Shown here one piece after another: positions 36,821 to 48,174 of a DNA stretch of 64,000 nucleotides (positions within the stretch are counted from its first letter, which is position 1; each line of letters opens with the position of its first letter). Under the pieces are notes generated by a model. It worked only from the letters and a program-made list of their open reading frames with translations, was not told the DNA's origin and did not search any database. The stretch spans positions 2,724,158 to 2,788,157 of the forward strand of contig CAJINV010000013.1 of NCBI GenBank assembly GCA_905178155.1. The letters run 5' to 3'. The position numbers and the translations under genes were made by a program. Origin of the DNA: Amoebophrya sp. A120. Its lineage: Eukaryota > Protista > Dinoflagellata.

Positions 36821-38089
36821 TCATGTCTTCACATTCAGGCTCCAGTCGTAGGGTCGATAGTTCAATCGTATCTCCCACTCCTTCGCAATCGCTTCTTCAA
36901 TTTTTGCGCTGCTGTCTTCCTCTAAAAATTTCTTCACAAACGAAATTCGATCCAGCTCCGTCTCACCGAAGTCTTGCCCATACCACTTGAATAGCATAGA
37001 AAGAGTGATTTCCAGGTGATAAAGATCAGAGTTATTTTCATCTACTCCTCCTTCATTTTTCACCACTTCCACCTCCGTTTCCGCTCGGAGGAACGACTTC
37101 GCCGCGGCGTTCAAGCCGGTTTCGACGTTCTGCTTGCTGTAAACTTGAATCCTCGGGCAACCCCGGGCGCCGCAGTTCAACGCAAAATGTATCCGGGGGT
37201 CGAGAGGGGCACAACTACTCAGGCCCTCTTCGTCGGGGGCCGCGCCAGCGGTAACAACTTTGCTGGTACCTCCAATCGCGACTTTCCATTCCTCAGGCGT
37301 GTTTGGGTCGCTGCAGGGCACCTTCCCACGTAAAAGCCCGTGCTCAATGTCGTCGAGGGAGAGCCGAATATTGTCGACGAGATACGCGGTGTCTTTGAAG
37401 AAGTGCTTCGGGTTGGATCGGGCTGATCCTGCTGCTGAGGCTTCTCCTGGTGCTGCATTTGTATTGCTAATTTCTTGGCAAGCATCTTCTATTATTTCTC
37501 GATTGTCATGCAGTGGGTGGATCAGTTGTTCGTTCCCCTTGTGGTACCGCCTCGCAATCAGCCCGTGCATCATCAGCACGTTGTAGAGGTTTATGAGGAA
37601 AACCTTGCGCTCAGTCGCGTCCCTTGGCATGACAGACTTAGGGTTCTTTAGATTCTCCGTAGTTTGGCCATCTTCTCCTTCCGACGGAACTTCTATTGCA
37701 CCAGCAGTAGTCGTTCGCGTATCTGAACAAGACGTAGTGCCGTTGTCCGCCCCACTCAGCTGCTCGGCCAAAAGCAAGAACTCGCGCCAATCTTCGCTTT
37801 TCTCAAGGTTCTCGTAGTCGACGAGACTTGGTGAGCCTCCTGGTGCTTCGGAAGTTTTTATCCAGTTCGCCTGGATCTTCAAGCTGCATTGCCGCAGCTG
37901 CTCCGCCAGGGTGGGTTCTTTCAGCTTATCTACCTGCGGAGTCACCGAACCTTTTTCCGTCGCTTGCTCTCTCCTCGCTGGAATAACGCCGTCTTCAGGC
38001 GTTCCTGTCTGAGAACTTGGTGCATCGGTCACGCTACTTTTTCTCGGAGCATTGAGCACGGGAGGTGCACTAGAACTAGAAGACAACAT
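36821..38089 (-). CDS. DUF547 domain protein
   Basis: Motifs RKVFLINLYN, LSLDDIEHGLLRG, DPRIHFALNCGARGCP, LSMLFKWYGQDFG, YDWSLN; single 422-codon ORF. Confidence 0.9.
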   Translation of the reverse strand: MLSSSSSAPPVLNAPRKSSVTDAPSSQTGTPEDGVIPARREQATEKGSVTPQVDKLKEPTLAEQLRQCSLKIQANWIKTSEAPGGSPSLVDYENLEKSEDWREFLLLAEQLSGADNGTTSCSDTRTTTAGAIEVPSEGEDGQTTENLKNPKSVMPRDATERKVFLINLYNVLMMHGLIARRYHKGNEQLIHPLHDNREIIEDACQEISNTNAAPGEASAAGSARSNPKHFFKDTAYLVDNIRLSLDDIEHGLLRGKVPCSDPNTPEEWKVAIGGTSKVVTAGAAPDEEGLSSCAPLDPRIHFALNCGARGCPRIQVYSKQNVETGLNAAAKSFLRAETEVEVVKNEGGVDENNSDLYHLEITLSMLFKWYGQDFGETELDRISFVKKFLEEDSSAKIEEAIAKEWEIRLNYRPYDWSLNVKT

Positions 38090-38968
38090 TGTGTTTCTTT
38101 GGTCGAAGAGAAGCCGGCGGGCTAGGGGGGTTCGATTGATGTCTATCTAGATCTACAAAGCGCAACGGTCACATGAAGCACAGTGTCAAAATAGGACGGG
38201 CCGCTACCGAGACACACTGTTCACGAAGAATGAAGCTAAATTCGAAATCACAAGAGACTGCCGGGCATTTAGTTGACGGGCGGCTGTTTGGTAACAAACG
38301 AAAGGTCACGAGATGGAGCGTCTGATCGGCTTTGTAGTCTGTTTCTACTTTCTAATCACCTTCATTCGAACCTTCCGTGGGCGGAAACACCTGAAAAGAT
38401 CAGCTCAAATTGCCTGCTTGCTGTTGCAAGGTTCCTGCTCTTCATGCAAGTCATATTCCTTCTCGGAATTGGTGCGCTTTCTTGCTACCGCAGCTGCGGT
38501 GTGTCTGTCACACTTCGATAAGGCGAAGGCCAACGACGTTCAGGAAGGCTTTCATTTTACATTCACACATCGTTTACACAGTTGCTGTTTTTCTGTTTTT
38601 CTAGTGGGAGCACTCTATTTGAAAATTGTATAACCTTCTTGTCCTCTACACAATGATCATCATCTTCACATTACAATCTCGATTTTTTGGAAAAACTATT
38701 CTACAAATTCAAATTTACATCATGCTGTTTTGCTATAAGTCGCTACCATGCATCATCAGAAGCGGAAAGTCAACAGCGACTCTCCTGGTTGAATATCTTT
38801 ATCGTTTCTTACGTCGATTTGCACAGCACGGGAAGGGCTAAACTTCTGCCGTCGTATCGATTTTCAAAAGTAGAAGTACGAAACAAGAACTTCATTGGCA
38901 ATAAAGTTATGATAGATACATTTCCTCCCGCCGTTGTAAGAAAGTAGTGCTGCGCTGTTTCGATTTTT

Positions 38969-41900
38969 TTACAAATCCGGAGGGCAGCTACCCTGGTCCC
39001 GACATTGATCCGCAACCTCGCGGATTCCGTGCCAAAGTAAATCTTGCGCCATGGCGTCGCCGTCCCGAATGTATTTTTCAGAGGTAGTTTCCGCGTCTTT
39101 GATGTCTTCCTCAAAGCTGTTTTCATTCCTGCTGGTTCTTCCTCCGTTCGACGAAGAGAGTCGTGGCATTCGCGACGAAACATAAAACGGGACCATTTTC
39201 AACTCTGCCATGGCGGTCTCTGCTGCTTTTGATACGTGGGAAACGAAAGACCAGCGACGCGAAGAAGATGAACTCTCTTGCACTTGCTCGGCGGACGAGG
39301 CAAGACCCGAAGGAAGATGAAGATCCTCACCGCTCCCGGTGACCTCCACGCCGAGCGTCGCACTATTGATGTGGCCATCTCCGTTATCGGTCGTCCCTCT
39401 CAGGAGCGAGCTCGCCGCCGGGGGGTCGTGCTCAGTGGCTGCTTCTGGTTGCTCACTCTCTACTACACCTGCACTTAAGCTTGCAGTCGTGAACGAGCTC
39501 GCGCCGGTACTTGGTTGTGAAACCCCAGACGAAAGTACTGCCGTATGAGGATCCTCCGGGGTTTCTTCATTTCCGTCCGGTTCGACTTCGACCAACTCTG
39601 GTAGCGGCAACATCAGTGGCGCCAAAATGTCAAACGCGAGCTGCTCCGCGGACCTGCGGGTTGGCTTCAGGTTTTCTAGCAGAAGGAGCGCCGCTTGTTT
39701 CTCTTGAACATCTTGTTCGCTGACATCAGTGTCGCGGGCGGAGGCGTTTCTCCATCTAGAGAACGACTCGGAGACCTGTGTTTTCCACCGCCAAAGTTGC
39801 TGCGACGCGGTGCTGCGTGGTTGCGAAGTTGTGCCACCAGGAAGCGGCCCGGGTTGGTCGACAGCATTTTCATTTTTTACTTCCGTTTTTTCTTTTGGTA
39901 GATCGAGGGTTTTTTCACTCCGTACCAGCATCGCCACCAGTCTCCGGCCGCCAACACCGGTATGGTCGAAAGAGGGTAGTTGTGTTTGCATCTGCAATGG
40001 CTGCTCCGGTGCACTAGCACTAGCAGTACCGCGCTTCTGCCAGAGTGAGAATGGTGCGCTGTGGTTGTAATACACCCTCTGTGTGATACTCCTGGCACTA
40101 CTCTGCCAGAAGGATTTCACTCTGGAAAGCCACGAAACAGACTGCTGGGCCGGCTCAGTCGCGGCGCCTTCATCCGGATCGGCCGCAGGGGTGGTAGTGG
40201 GAGCAGTCGTTTCCGGATTTGCAGCACCAGACTCCGCTTCCTCAGGAAGATCGGCCACAGGAGTTGTGGCGGGAGCAATCGTTTCAGAATTTGCAGCGCT
40301 GATGTGGTCACCTCCTTCTTGGTCCAGCAACGGCTGCTGTGCCCCGGAAATACTAAGGGAAAGGCTGCCGAAAGTAGTGGCGGTTGAGTCAGCAACACCT
40401 GCAGCGGCGCTGCTTGATGCTGGAGGTTCTGGTACAACCGGAACGGCCGCAGGAGGCCCCTCAGGCACTGCTTTTGCCGCGATGAGCAGGTGCGCCGGGG
40501 AAAAGCCTGGAAAGTGGAAGTACTTCTTCTCTAGGTCAACAAGAATACCGCCGGCCGCACGGGATTCCTCTGCAGTCATCTGCTGCGCTTCACCTGAAAC
40601 GGCAGTCCCAGCAGAAGTAAAAGATGTACCAGAACCGGATAAAAAACTCCCATCTACTAGGGCACTCGAAGAATATGTTGAGCTACTTGCTGCAGTAGAC
40701 GCGGAGCTGCTCGCTGCTGTGCTGGCCACTGACGTTGCGGCGGAGCCACTGCTTTCCGTGCTATTCGCACGCTCCATGGTCATTTCTTCAGGTGGTATTC
40801 TTGCCACGGTAGTTTCATCATTTCTCGCATCTTCTTGGCCTCCAACGGAAGACCCCTCCTGGCTATCTCCTGTGGGTCGTGCGACAGCTACACTAGGGCT
40901 CTCTATTTCTCTTACGCGAGTCGCGCTCTCATCTGCGGCCGCAAGATCTGGCTCGGGGTCCTGTGCAGCTGCTTTGTCCTTTAGTTCAACGCCGGTCACC
41001 ACGGCGTATTTTCTCGTCGGTCCGCCTACATCGCGATTTTGCGGCGTGGAGGTTGAAGTGCTTGTCACCATCCGGTAGTCCAGCGGCAGTCTCTGCTCCA
41101 GTTCCCACCCTTGTCGCAGCTCCCTCAAGAAGGCGCCGCAGGTGGATCCAGGCTTCGCCGATGTGTCGTGCTGCTGTTGTGCCTCTTGCTCTTTCTCATC
41201 TCCGGTCGCCTTTGCCTGCTCGCCGTCAGCAATCGCACGCCCATCTTTCCTCTTTTCATCAACCCGAAAATCCACCAGCTGCAGGAGTTTTTTCTTTTCC
41301 GCCTCGTAGTTCGCTCCGCCCAAGCGGCGTCGGTCGAAGTAGAAAAACGCCGACAAGCACGTCGCAATGGCGGGATTCCCCGGCCCCGCTTCGATAAAAG
41401 ACCACCGCTCACGGTGGTTGGTCGGACTTGCACTCGAAGTCGGACTTGTTGGGGCGGATGCATCTTGTTGTTCGCCAACGGCCGCCGTACTTCTAGGAGA
41501 ATCGATAAGAGCGTTGGAAGTCTTCGTGTCTAGCAGAGCTGTATCATAGTCCGGTGCATTCAGGACATCAAGCAGCATCAGGCTCCATGCGAACCGCTCG
41601 AATTTTGGGGAGAATTGAAACCGGTTTTGCGCCAGAAAGATTTGTCGATCTAGGTCTTGGATTTTTTGGGCGGCCGTTTGACGATCCTGTTCAGCACGAC
41701 GAGGGCCTTCGTCAGAAGAGCCTGACGTCACAACAGGAGCCGGCACGTGCTGCTGGCCATCAACTACAGGTCCACCTGGGCTCTCAAGTCGTTCCTCTGC
41801 CCGTCCTGTGGGTTCTTGATGTAGCAAAGCTTCTCTTTTAGACCGCTGCTCCTGCTCGACGACTTGTGCCAATCTCTTCTCGCGGTAACACAAATCTTCC

Positions 41901-44740
41901 CAGACCGGGTCGACGTACCCTGCCGTCCCATCGCACAGATACCGGCTGTTCTTCTTCTCCTCTCTCCCCATCAGATTCTTGCTGTTTGGGGCAAGAAACC
42001 GGTCGCCCTTCCGACTCAGAATCCCCGCCATACCGAAGTCGAAAATCCGAATTTTGGTGTAGTCAGCCGATGGTGGGGGAGATGCTCCTCTTGTGAAGGC
42101 GGAAAAAGACGTCGGCGGAGGCGGCGCTGGAGTCGTCGACGTCGGCAGGTGGCTAGTTCCAGCTCCAGTTGGCCGCGTCAAACTGTTTTGCAGCTGATGC
42201 AGGAGTTGTTGTCCTCCCTGTCCGCTCCCCGGCGGCGCGTGGGGAGAATTCCAAAGAGGAAACCCGACGTTTGGCGTTTTCATGTCCGCGTGCAGGATCC
42301 GGAGCCGCTCCAGTTTCCGCTGACAGCTGAGCGCGTGGCTGACGAAGGAAAAACTCTTCTCCGCGAGTTGTTCCGCAACTACTTTCTGCTTTTCTTCGCT
42401 CGCGTCCAATGGAAAAACCTCAACTCGCTCCATCGCCAGGAAAACGTCGAGTTCATAGCTGTTTGCTGTAGTTCTACTCGTCTGCGCGACCTTCGTCGCG
42501 AGGCTCCTGTTTGACCTCCTGATCGGTTTCTTGCTTCCGCCTCCCTCCCGCAGCTTGAGCTTCCCCCTAGCATGCACGGAATGCAGCGCCGTGACGCACT
42601 TGTTCTCGTAAATTAACTCGCTGCGCTGCTCGGCGGTGAGAAGGATGTCCTTTGCGCCTGGTGGTACAGAAGACAACACGGTAGAAGGTGTTGGAGAACT
42701 ACCAGCAACTACAACTCCCCGACCCTGCTCTTCTCCACATGAAGATACTTGCCGTTTTTTGCAGGAGCGGAATTTATTCCGGAAAAACTCGACGAAAAAC
42801 CTGCGATTGATATTTTTGCGGTCATTTTCACTTGTGGCTTGACGGAGTAGTAGTTCTTCCTGGCGTTTGTTGATGTCATCCGCGATGACAAATTCCTCAA
42901 AAACCGTCAAAGCCCTTTGGATCAACACCTCAATCACCACGGCGCGGAGGTCCTGCTTGTGCTCGGTCTTGATCCTTTTTAAAACTTCTCGTGGTGTCGA
43001 CCGCGCTGCGCCAGCTGAGACTGCAGGAGGAGCTGCAAGAGCTGCTCCCGGTGCGGTTGAAACGGTTGATGGATTTGTATTATCGGGTATTGAAGTTGCT
43101 CCATCATTGGTTTGCGTTCTTTGTGTAGTAGAACTGTCAGCGTGAAGATTCTGCTGATCCGCTACGAATCCTGCTGGTCCTGCGTCTCGGTTCTCCTCAG
43201 CAGCAGAAAATGACGCTTGTTGACTATGAAGACTGTCCGCATCGTCTGAAAAAGTTTCGTCCGAAAGCTCGAAAACGCTTCCATTGCCCCCGCTCCCGAT
43301 TTCCGTCATGGTGACTCCATCGCCTGTGCTGTTGCCGGGATCTTCAGCCCCGTCGGTGCCTCCAGCTGCGGAGGTCGTTATCGAGAAGGTTCTTTTCAAC
43401 CTCGCAGACAGGCTTCGCGGAACGGTTTTCTGCTGCAGCCAGTCCGCAGCCTCCACAACCGCGGATGGGAAAGAAAAAGTAGTACGCTGCAGGTAGGATT
43501 TTGGTCCATTTTTGCTTGCGTTGCTCCGTTTATTCTTTTCCCTGTTTTGTCTCGTCCGGGTCGATTCCAGGCCCTTTGGTGGCCCGTTGTGGAAGACGGA
43601 CAGCAGCTTGTGTTTGATCCAGGCGGTTCGCGTGCGCCGTGCTGGTGGTGGTGATACACCTCCCTCGGTAGGCGTTCCTTCTCGGGAGGAGGAGGTCATA
43701 GGACCTTCACTTACCGCTGCAATAGGTCGCGACTCTTGCGTACTGTTTACAACGTTCTCCGCTCCTGGTCCTGCTGGTCCTGTTGCGTCTGCTGCTTGTT
43801 CAATGTTATCAGTCAGAAGTTTGAACGCGTAGAGGACTGGGCTTTGCTGCCGCTCGGGATTAGCACTGCGACTGCTCGTCCCGGTTTCCTGCCGATCCGC
43901 TACAACTGGCGCTGTGGCAGGACCAGGAGTAGCAGGAGGCAGCTGGTGAGTATTACTTCCCGGCTCCGAAGCCGTGGCAATCCCGGGGAGGAGGGCTTCT
44001 GCTTGTTCATCACCCGCGAGAGACAAAGCAGCACCTCCACCTGCATCGCTATCAACCGCAGGGGAAGTTGTACTATCTAGATTTGCACTTCTCACCTGAT
44101 GTCCACCTGTTGCTCCAACATAAGCGTGGGCGTCTGGGTAGTTTTGATTTGCCCGAAGAGCACCTACAGGAGCTGCCACTGGGCCTATTGCAGCTGCTGG
44201 TGCATCTTCTGGATCTATTGCGGAAGAAGAAACAAAAACTTGTGGATCGGTATTCTCTTCGACAGGCTCGAGAACCCACAATTCTTCCGGAAATAGGTCG
44301 AAGAAAAACTTTCCTTCCTCTTCTGAATCCAAAATTTCCGCTGCGATGTCGAGTAGTTCGTTCTTCGGTCGTGCGGAATTTTTACTGTCCTTTGCCTCTG
44401 TGACGCCAGTCGTGCTATAAAGATCTACTTCTCCTACCCAGAAATAATCCTGCACTTCCTCTCCTTCACCGTCGGTGCTTCCGCTACTATCACCGTGAAG
44501 AAAACTGAAAAATCCGTAAATTTGCTCCATGAAATGCCTTCTGCGGGATTTAATGGTATGATTCTTGCCATGATCTTCTGCGCCGGCAGGGAGAAGGCGG
44601 GCATTGGCAACATGCTGACCAGCATCCGGTGCCGCAACGCTGATGCTCTGAAGCGCCAGCACCGAGGTAGGAGCATAATTTCCGCAGAGCAGAGCAGTGC
44701 AAAAGACGAAGAAATAAAGTCCGGAAAAAACTGGGCTCAT
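38969..44740 (-). CDS. Large single-exon protein kinase with signal peptide and long low-complexity inserts
   Basis: ATG 44740 MSPVFSGLYFFVFCTALLCGNYAPTSVLA; kinase motifs IGSGGNGSVF, VLKRI, VIEVLIQ, LAMERV, ILHADMKTPNVGF, IFDFG, DGTAGYVDP. Confidence 0.85.
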   Translation of the reverse strand: MSPVFSGLYFFVFCTALLCGNYAPTSVLALQSISVAAPDAGQHVANARLLPAGAEDHGKNHTIKSRRRHFMEQIYGFFSFLHGDSSGSTDGEGEEVQDYFWVGEVDLYSTTGVTEAKDSKNSARPKNELLDIAAEILDSEEEGKFFFDLFPEELWVLEPVEENTDPQVFVSSSAIDPEDAPAAAIGPVAAPVGALRANQNYPDAHAYVGATGGHQVRSANLDSTTSPAVDSDAGGGAALSLAGDEQAEALLPGIATASEPGSNTHQLPPATPGPATAPVVADRQETGTSSRSANPERQQSPVLYAFKLLTDNIEQAADATGPAGPGAENVVNSTQESRPIAAVSEGPMTSSSREGTPTEGGVSPPPARRTRTAWIKHKLLSVFHNGPPKGLESTRTRQNREKNKRSNASKNGPKSYLQRTTFSFPSAVVEAADWLQQKTVPRSLSARLKRTFSITTSAAGGTDGAEDPGNSTGDGVTMTEIGSGGNGSVFELSDETFSDDADSLHSQQASFSAAEENRDAGPAGFVADQQNLHADSSTTQRTQTNDGATSIPDNTNPSTVSTAPGAALAAPPAVSAGAARSTPREVLKRIKTEHKQDLRAVVIEVLIQRALTVFEEFVIADDINKRQEELLLRQATSENDRKNINRRFFVEFFRNKFRSCKKRQVSSCGEEQGRGVVVAGSSPTPSTVLSSVPPGAKDILLTAEQRSELIYENKCVTALHSVHARGKLKLREGGGSKKPIRRSNRSLATKVAQTSRTTANSYELDVFLAMERVEVFPLDASEEKQKVVAEQLAEKSFSFVSHALSCQRKLERLRILHADMKTPNVGFPLWNSPHAPPGSGQGGQQLLHQLQNSLTRPTGAGTSHLPTSTTPAPPPPTSFSAFTRGASPPPSADYTKIRIFDFGMAGILSRKGDRFLAPNSKNLMGREEKKNSRYLCDGTAGYVDPVWEDLCYREKRLAQVVEQEQRSKREALLHQEPTGRAEERLESPGGPVVDGQQHVPAPVVTSGSSDEGPRRAEQDRQTAAQKIQDLDRQIFLAQNRFQFSPKFERFAWSLMLLDVLNAPDYDTALLDTKTSNALIDSPRSTAAVGEQQDASAPTSPTSSASPTNHRERWSFIEAGPGNPAIATCLSAFFYFDRRRLGGANYEAEKKKLLQLVDFRVDEKRKDGRAIADGEQAKATGDEKEQEAQQQHDTSAKPGSTCGAFLRELRQGWELEQRLPLDYRMVTSTSTSTPQNRDVGGPTRKYAVVTGVELKDKAAAQDPEPDLAAADESATRVREIESPSVAVARPTGDSQEGSSVGGQEDARNDETTVARIPPEEMTMERANSTESSGSAATSVASTAASSSASTAASSSTYSSSALVDGSFLSGSGTSFTSAGTAVSGEAQQMTAEESRAAGGILVDLEKKYFHFPGFSPAHLLIAAKAVPEGPPAAVPVVPEPPASSSAAAGVADSTATTFGSLSLSISGAQQPLLDQEGGDHISAANSETIAPATTPVADLPEEAESGAANPETTAPTTTPAADPDEGAATEPAQQSVSWLSRVKSFWQSSARSITQRVYYNHSAPFSLWQKRGTASASAPEQPLQMQTQLPSFDHTGVGGRRLVAMLVRSEKTLDLPKEKTEVKNENAVDQPGPLPGGTTSQPRSTASQQLWRWKTQVSESFSRWRNASARDTDVSEQDVQEKQAALLLLENLKPTRRSAEQLAFDILAPLMLPLPELVEVEPDGNEETPEDPHTAVLSSGVSQPSTGASSFTTASLSAGVVESEQPEAATEHDPPAASSLLRGTTDNGDGHINSATLGVEVTGSGEDLHLPSGLASSAEQVQESSSSSRRWSFVSHVSKAAETAMAELKMVPFYVSSRMPRLSSSNGGRTSRNENSFEEDIKDAETTSEKYIRDGDAMAQDLLWHGIREVADQCRDQGSCPPDL

Positions 44741-46338
44741 CTTCCTCGTACTGCTACTGCCGGAAAAAAAGTGCTGTCTCCTGTAAAATACTTCTGCTTC
44801 GCCGGAAGGGTTTTGTGAAATAAATTGCAATTGCTGTTTAGATTCTACAAAATTCAAAAATTGATTCGCATTCGGCTATTCCATTTATCATGAAACAAAA
44901 TAAAATAAAAAAACAAATATTACAAGAACGGGCTGCAGAGCCGATATATGGCTGTCAAAAACCGCTACGGAATTTTTTGTATGTAGCCAAGAAAAAATCC
45001 TACAGAATCAAGTAAAAGTGCTTAGGCTTTTTAAATGATGAAGATAAAGATAATAAACAGCAAAAAAGTTTTACATCGCTGTTGTACTACTAGAAATGGT
45101 ACCGCAGATAAAACGAACTTGTTTATTCAACATGAAGGTGATCATCTAAAGTGGTATCACGTCCACGAGGGTGAAAGCACGTGCTTGCCACGTGCTTGCA
45201 TGTGGATGTGCTATTCGTAGAACTAGAAGTCGCCCTAAAAATAGTAAAGGCTGATCACGCACTCGTCGTATCCAATTGATGTCAAGCGGGAGGTTGCATC
45301 AAAATCATTCCGATCTTCGTTCTAAGTACTTTCTCTTGGAGAGAAAGCCGTTTTTCTTTTTCTCGATCGGATCCCTCTCCTTGTAGACCTTTTTGCTTTT
45401 CGATTGTCAGATCAGACGAAGTAAAAAACGAATTCGCTGAAACGACCAGTGCACAAAGACAAACTCGCGACTTAAGAATAAGACATCCGAATCACAGGTT
45501 GTTGTAACACGCTGGTGTTATGGCGCTCCCAAGTTGCGTTGCGAATCTGCTAACGCGTCTGCAACGGAAGAAGAAGAACTCCGCTGCATCGCGGACTGCG
45601 TCATAATAGTGGTCCCGCTACCGCCTCTTGGTCTTATCGCCCAAAAAAAATTTTCCGTCGCTGCAGTCTCGCTTACAACGAACTACGGGGCCGCCCATAG
45701 CAACATCAAATCGACAGTCAGGCATGAGGCCGACTTCTTCTCGGAATTGCTTACATGATCATTCTCGTGTTTGTTACCCCAGATCCATCGAAGCAAGCAA
45801 TCGAAAAACCAAGAAAATAGAAGCGAGACGACTAGGATGTTAAAAAAACTACTAGTTGTAAATCTTCAGAATGCGTGTCGGAAGTTAGTACAAAAAGAGA
45901 GCTGGAGAGCGGCTCGATTACAGTTATGAACTTGAAAAAATCCGAGCGCCGGGTATTTTTCAAATTCATAAAGCAAAGCCAGACTTCAGTGGAAGAAATT
46001 ACAAGAGCTTGAAATATTGTGGGGTAAAACGCTGATGTTCATCCAGGGTGGTTGTACCTACGATATTGAGGGCTATATCAATCACTGCAGCTGAAAAATC
46101 TCCTACCATAACTACACTAGTATCGATTTTCATACACACAGAGCTGCGATGAGAAGCAGAAAACTTGACACTAGTGTAGGTGCTATCCTGTGATAGAAAA
46201 GGGATTAAGTACTATTTAAACTTTAAAAATCTGTCTACTGCAGGGAGCTTCTCGATGATGTCGAAAGAGCGCGATTGCAAAACACGACCAGTTCACCTCA
46301 AAAATACTGAACATCTCCTTGCAATGAAACTCCCACCT

Positions 46339-48174
46339 TCACGCCTTCCGCAACCGCTTTGCCACGTCGTCTTTGGACAATTGCAGCGCCCCGGACTTCT
46401 TGTTTTGACCCGACAGGTACCCGCGGTAGACCTTCAGCTTCTCTTGCAGATCCGCGTACACCTTTTCCCATTTCGCCCCCTTTTCCTGCTTCAGCGCGAT
46501 CATCTGGTTCTCCACCGCACGAACCGCAAACTGGCACAGCTCCTGCCACGGGGGGTGTGGAGGGAAAGAAATCTCTGCCTGAGAGCTCTACGTTCGTGCT
46601 TGTGCTGCTTTTTTGATTCATCATCATCTTCATCCTCATCTCGAGGGTAAGAAGTAAAAGAGCAAGAAGCACCCGAAGAGCAAGAAGCAAGCAGACTACT
46701 TGCAAATACTCCAACCTGTAGCTGCACGATCATGAGCAGCATGTTAGGACGTCGAATACACTTCCTTGTTCCGGAGAAACAAGTCAAGAAGCATGCAAGG
46801 CACATCTAGCCTTTTCTCTTCTGGAAATGAGAATTTATGAATGCAAGAAAGCAGCACAAAAATCAGGCAGAAGTGTTGTCGGGGGAGCAGTGGTCTCAGT
46901 TCCCCGGACGATACCCTCTTCGCAAGGTTCACGTAGCTTGGGCAGGAATCCTTGGGCCGCATGTCGTGCATGTGATTATTGGAATCGCGGAACAGCCCGC
47001 GGAAGTTGCCCAGCTGGTACACCTTCTTCAGTTGCGTTTGCGGGTCGATCTCCGGCGCGTTCAGAAATTCCGGAATGGGGACCTCCCGCAACCCCTGTTT
47101 TCTCAGCGCCCGGGAGTAGTCGAAGTCCGGTGGGGGCCACTGGGGAAAGACGTACCACCACCGGGAAAGGATGTCGGAAATCAACTTGGATCGCTCGGTA
47201 GACACAGAGCCGTCTGTCATGGTGGGAGTGTTGAGATCTGACAACTTTTTAGCAAACAGAGTGGCGACGTGGTCAAATGATCAAGATGACGCTGACTACG
47301 ATTAGCACTAGAGAGCAGTTTATTTCCGTCATCAGGATCAAGTTGCCCTTCCTTCATCAGTATCCAGCATCGAAAGGCTAGCGTGAAAACTACTTAGACA
47401 AACAGCAATAGAAATTAATCCATGCAAAACCAAAACCAATAACGGGAATGTATACCTGTCGCGTTTCTCCACCCGTTGATTGCCCTGGACTTGGGGCTGA
47501 GCTGCGTTTTTCTGTACTCCGGGATTTGCGCGCGGAGCACCGGCGACACGCCGTTGTCGGTGACCAGGCTCATCAACCGCTCGCGCGGCGGGAATTTCGG
47601 CTCCCACATTATGAGAGTGTCAGGTTTGAAATCGACAAAGTTGAAATACTTTGTCATGCATAAAATGGATGCCAGTTAGACCTGCAGTTTGTAATCGGTG
47701 CATGGCAAATTTTCCCGGTTCTGGAAGCGAGTCTGTCATGCGGTTTAGGGCAAAAGAGCTGCCTTCTGTCATGCTAGTCAGCAGTCCAACTGTTGACCCT
47801 TACCAGGACTATAATCTGCCTTCCTTGCGTCCTCTGCAATAGAGTCACTTTTTGTATCGCATTTTAATATGCATTACAAGTTATTTCAACTTTGACGATT
47901 TCAATCCTGACAGATCCATACACATCTTCGGCAAGTTAAACTTTTTCTTCATGTCCTCCTCCTCCTCCCGGCGCGGCGACCGCGACCGACGGGGCGTCAG
48001 TGACCGCCGGATCTCCACCTGCTCCCGGCTGACCGGCAGCGGGGGCACGACCTTGTGGAAGCTGCCCTGGCCGGCGTGGTGACCCTCATGACCAGGCGTG
48101 GGCAGGGGCCCGCTGGACGGCCCGGCGGAAGAGGACTGGGGTGGCGGGTGCACTTTGATTGAAGGGGACGACAT
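46339..48174 (-). CDS. Multi-exon conserved hypothetical protein (RWWY..P.WPP domain)
   Basis: ATG 48174; introner at 47610-47920; GT-AG intron at about 47240-47455; domain ILSRWWYVFPQWPPPDFDY...FRGLFRD...DMRPKDSCPS; last exon ELCQFAVRAVENQM...RLRKA with stop at 46339. Confidence 0.7.
47610..47920. mobile_element. Introner family E (311 bp), TSD cacat
   Basis: Imperfect TIR of about 55 bp, tatgagagtgtcaggtttgaaatcgacaaagttgaaata / tatttcaactttgacgatttcaatcctgacagatccata; removal restores NLPKM-WEPKFPP. Confidence 0.9.

Noticed and set aside
44948-44970. Possible relic dinoflagellate spliced leader (ccgtagcggtttttgac on minus) upstream of the large kinase
   Set aside because: Only ccgtagc and a T-run match DCCGTAGCCATTTTGGCTCAAG; compatible with chance.
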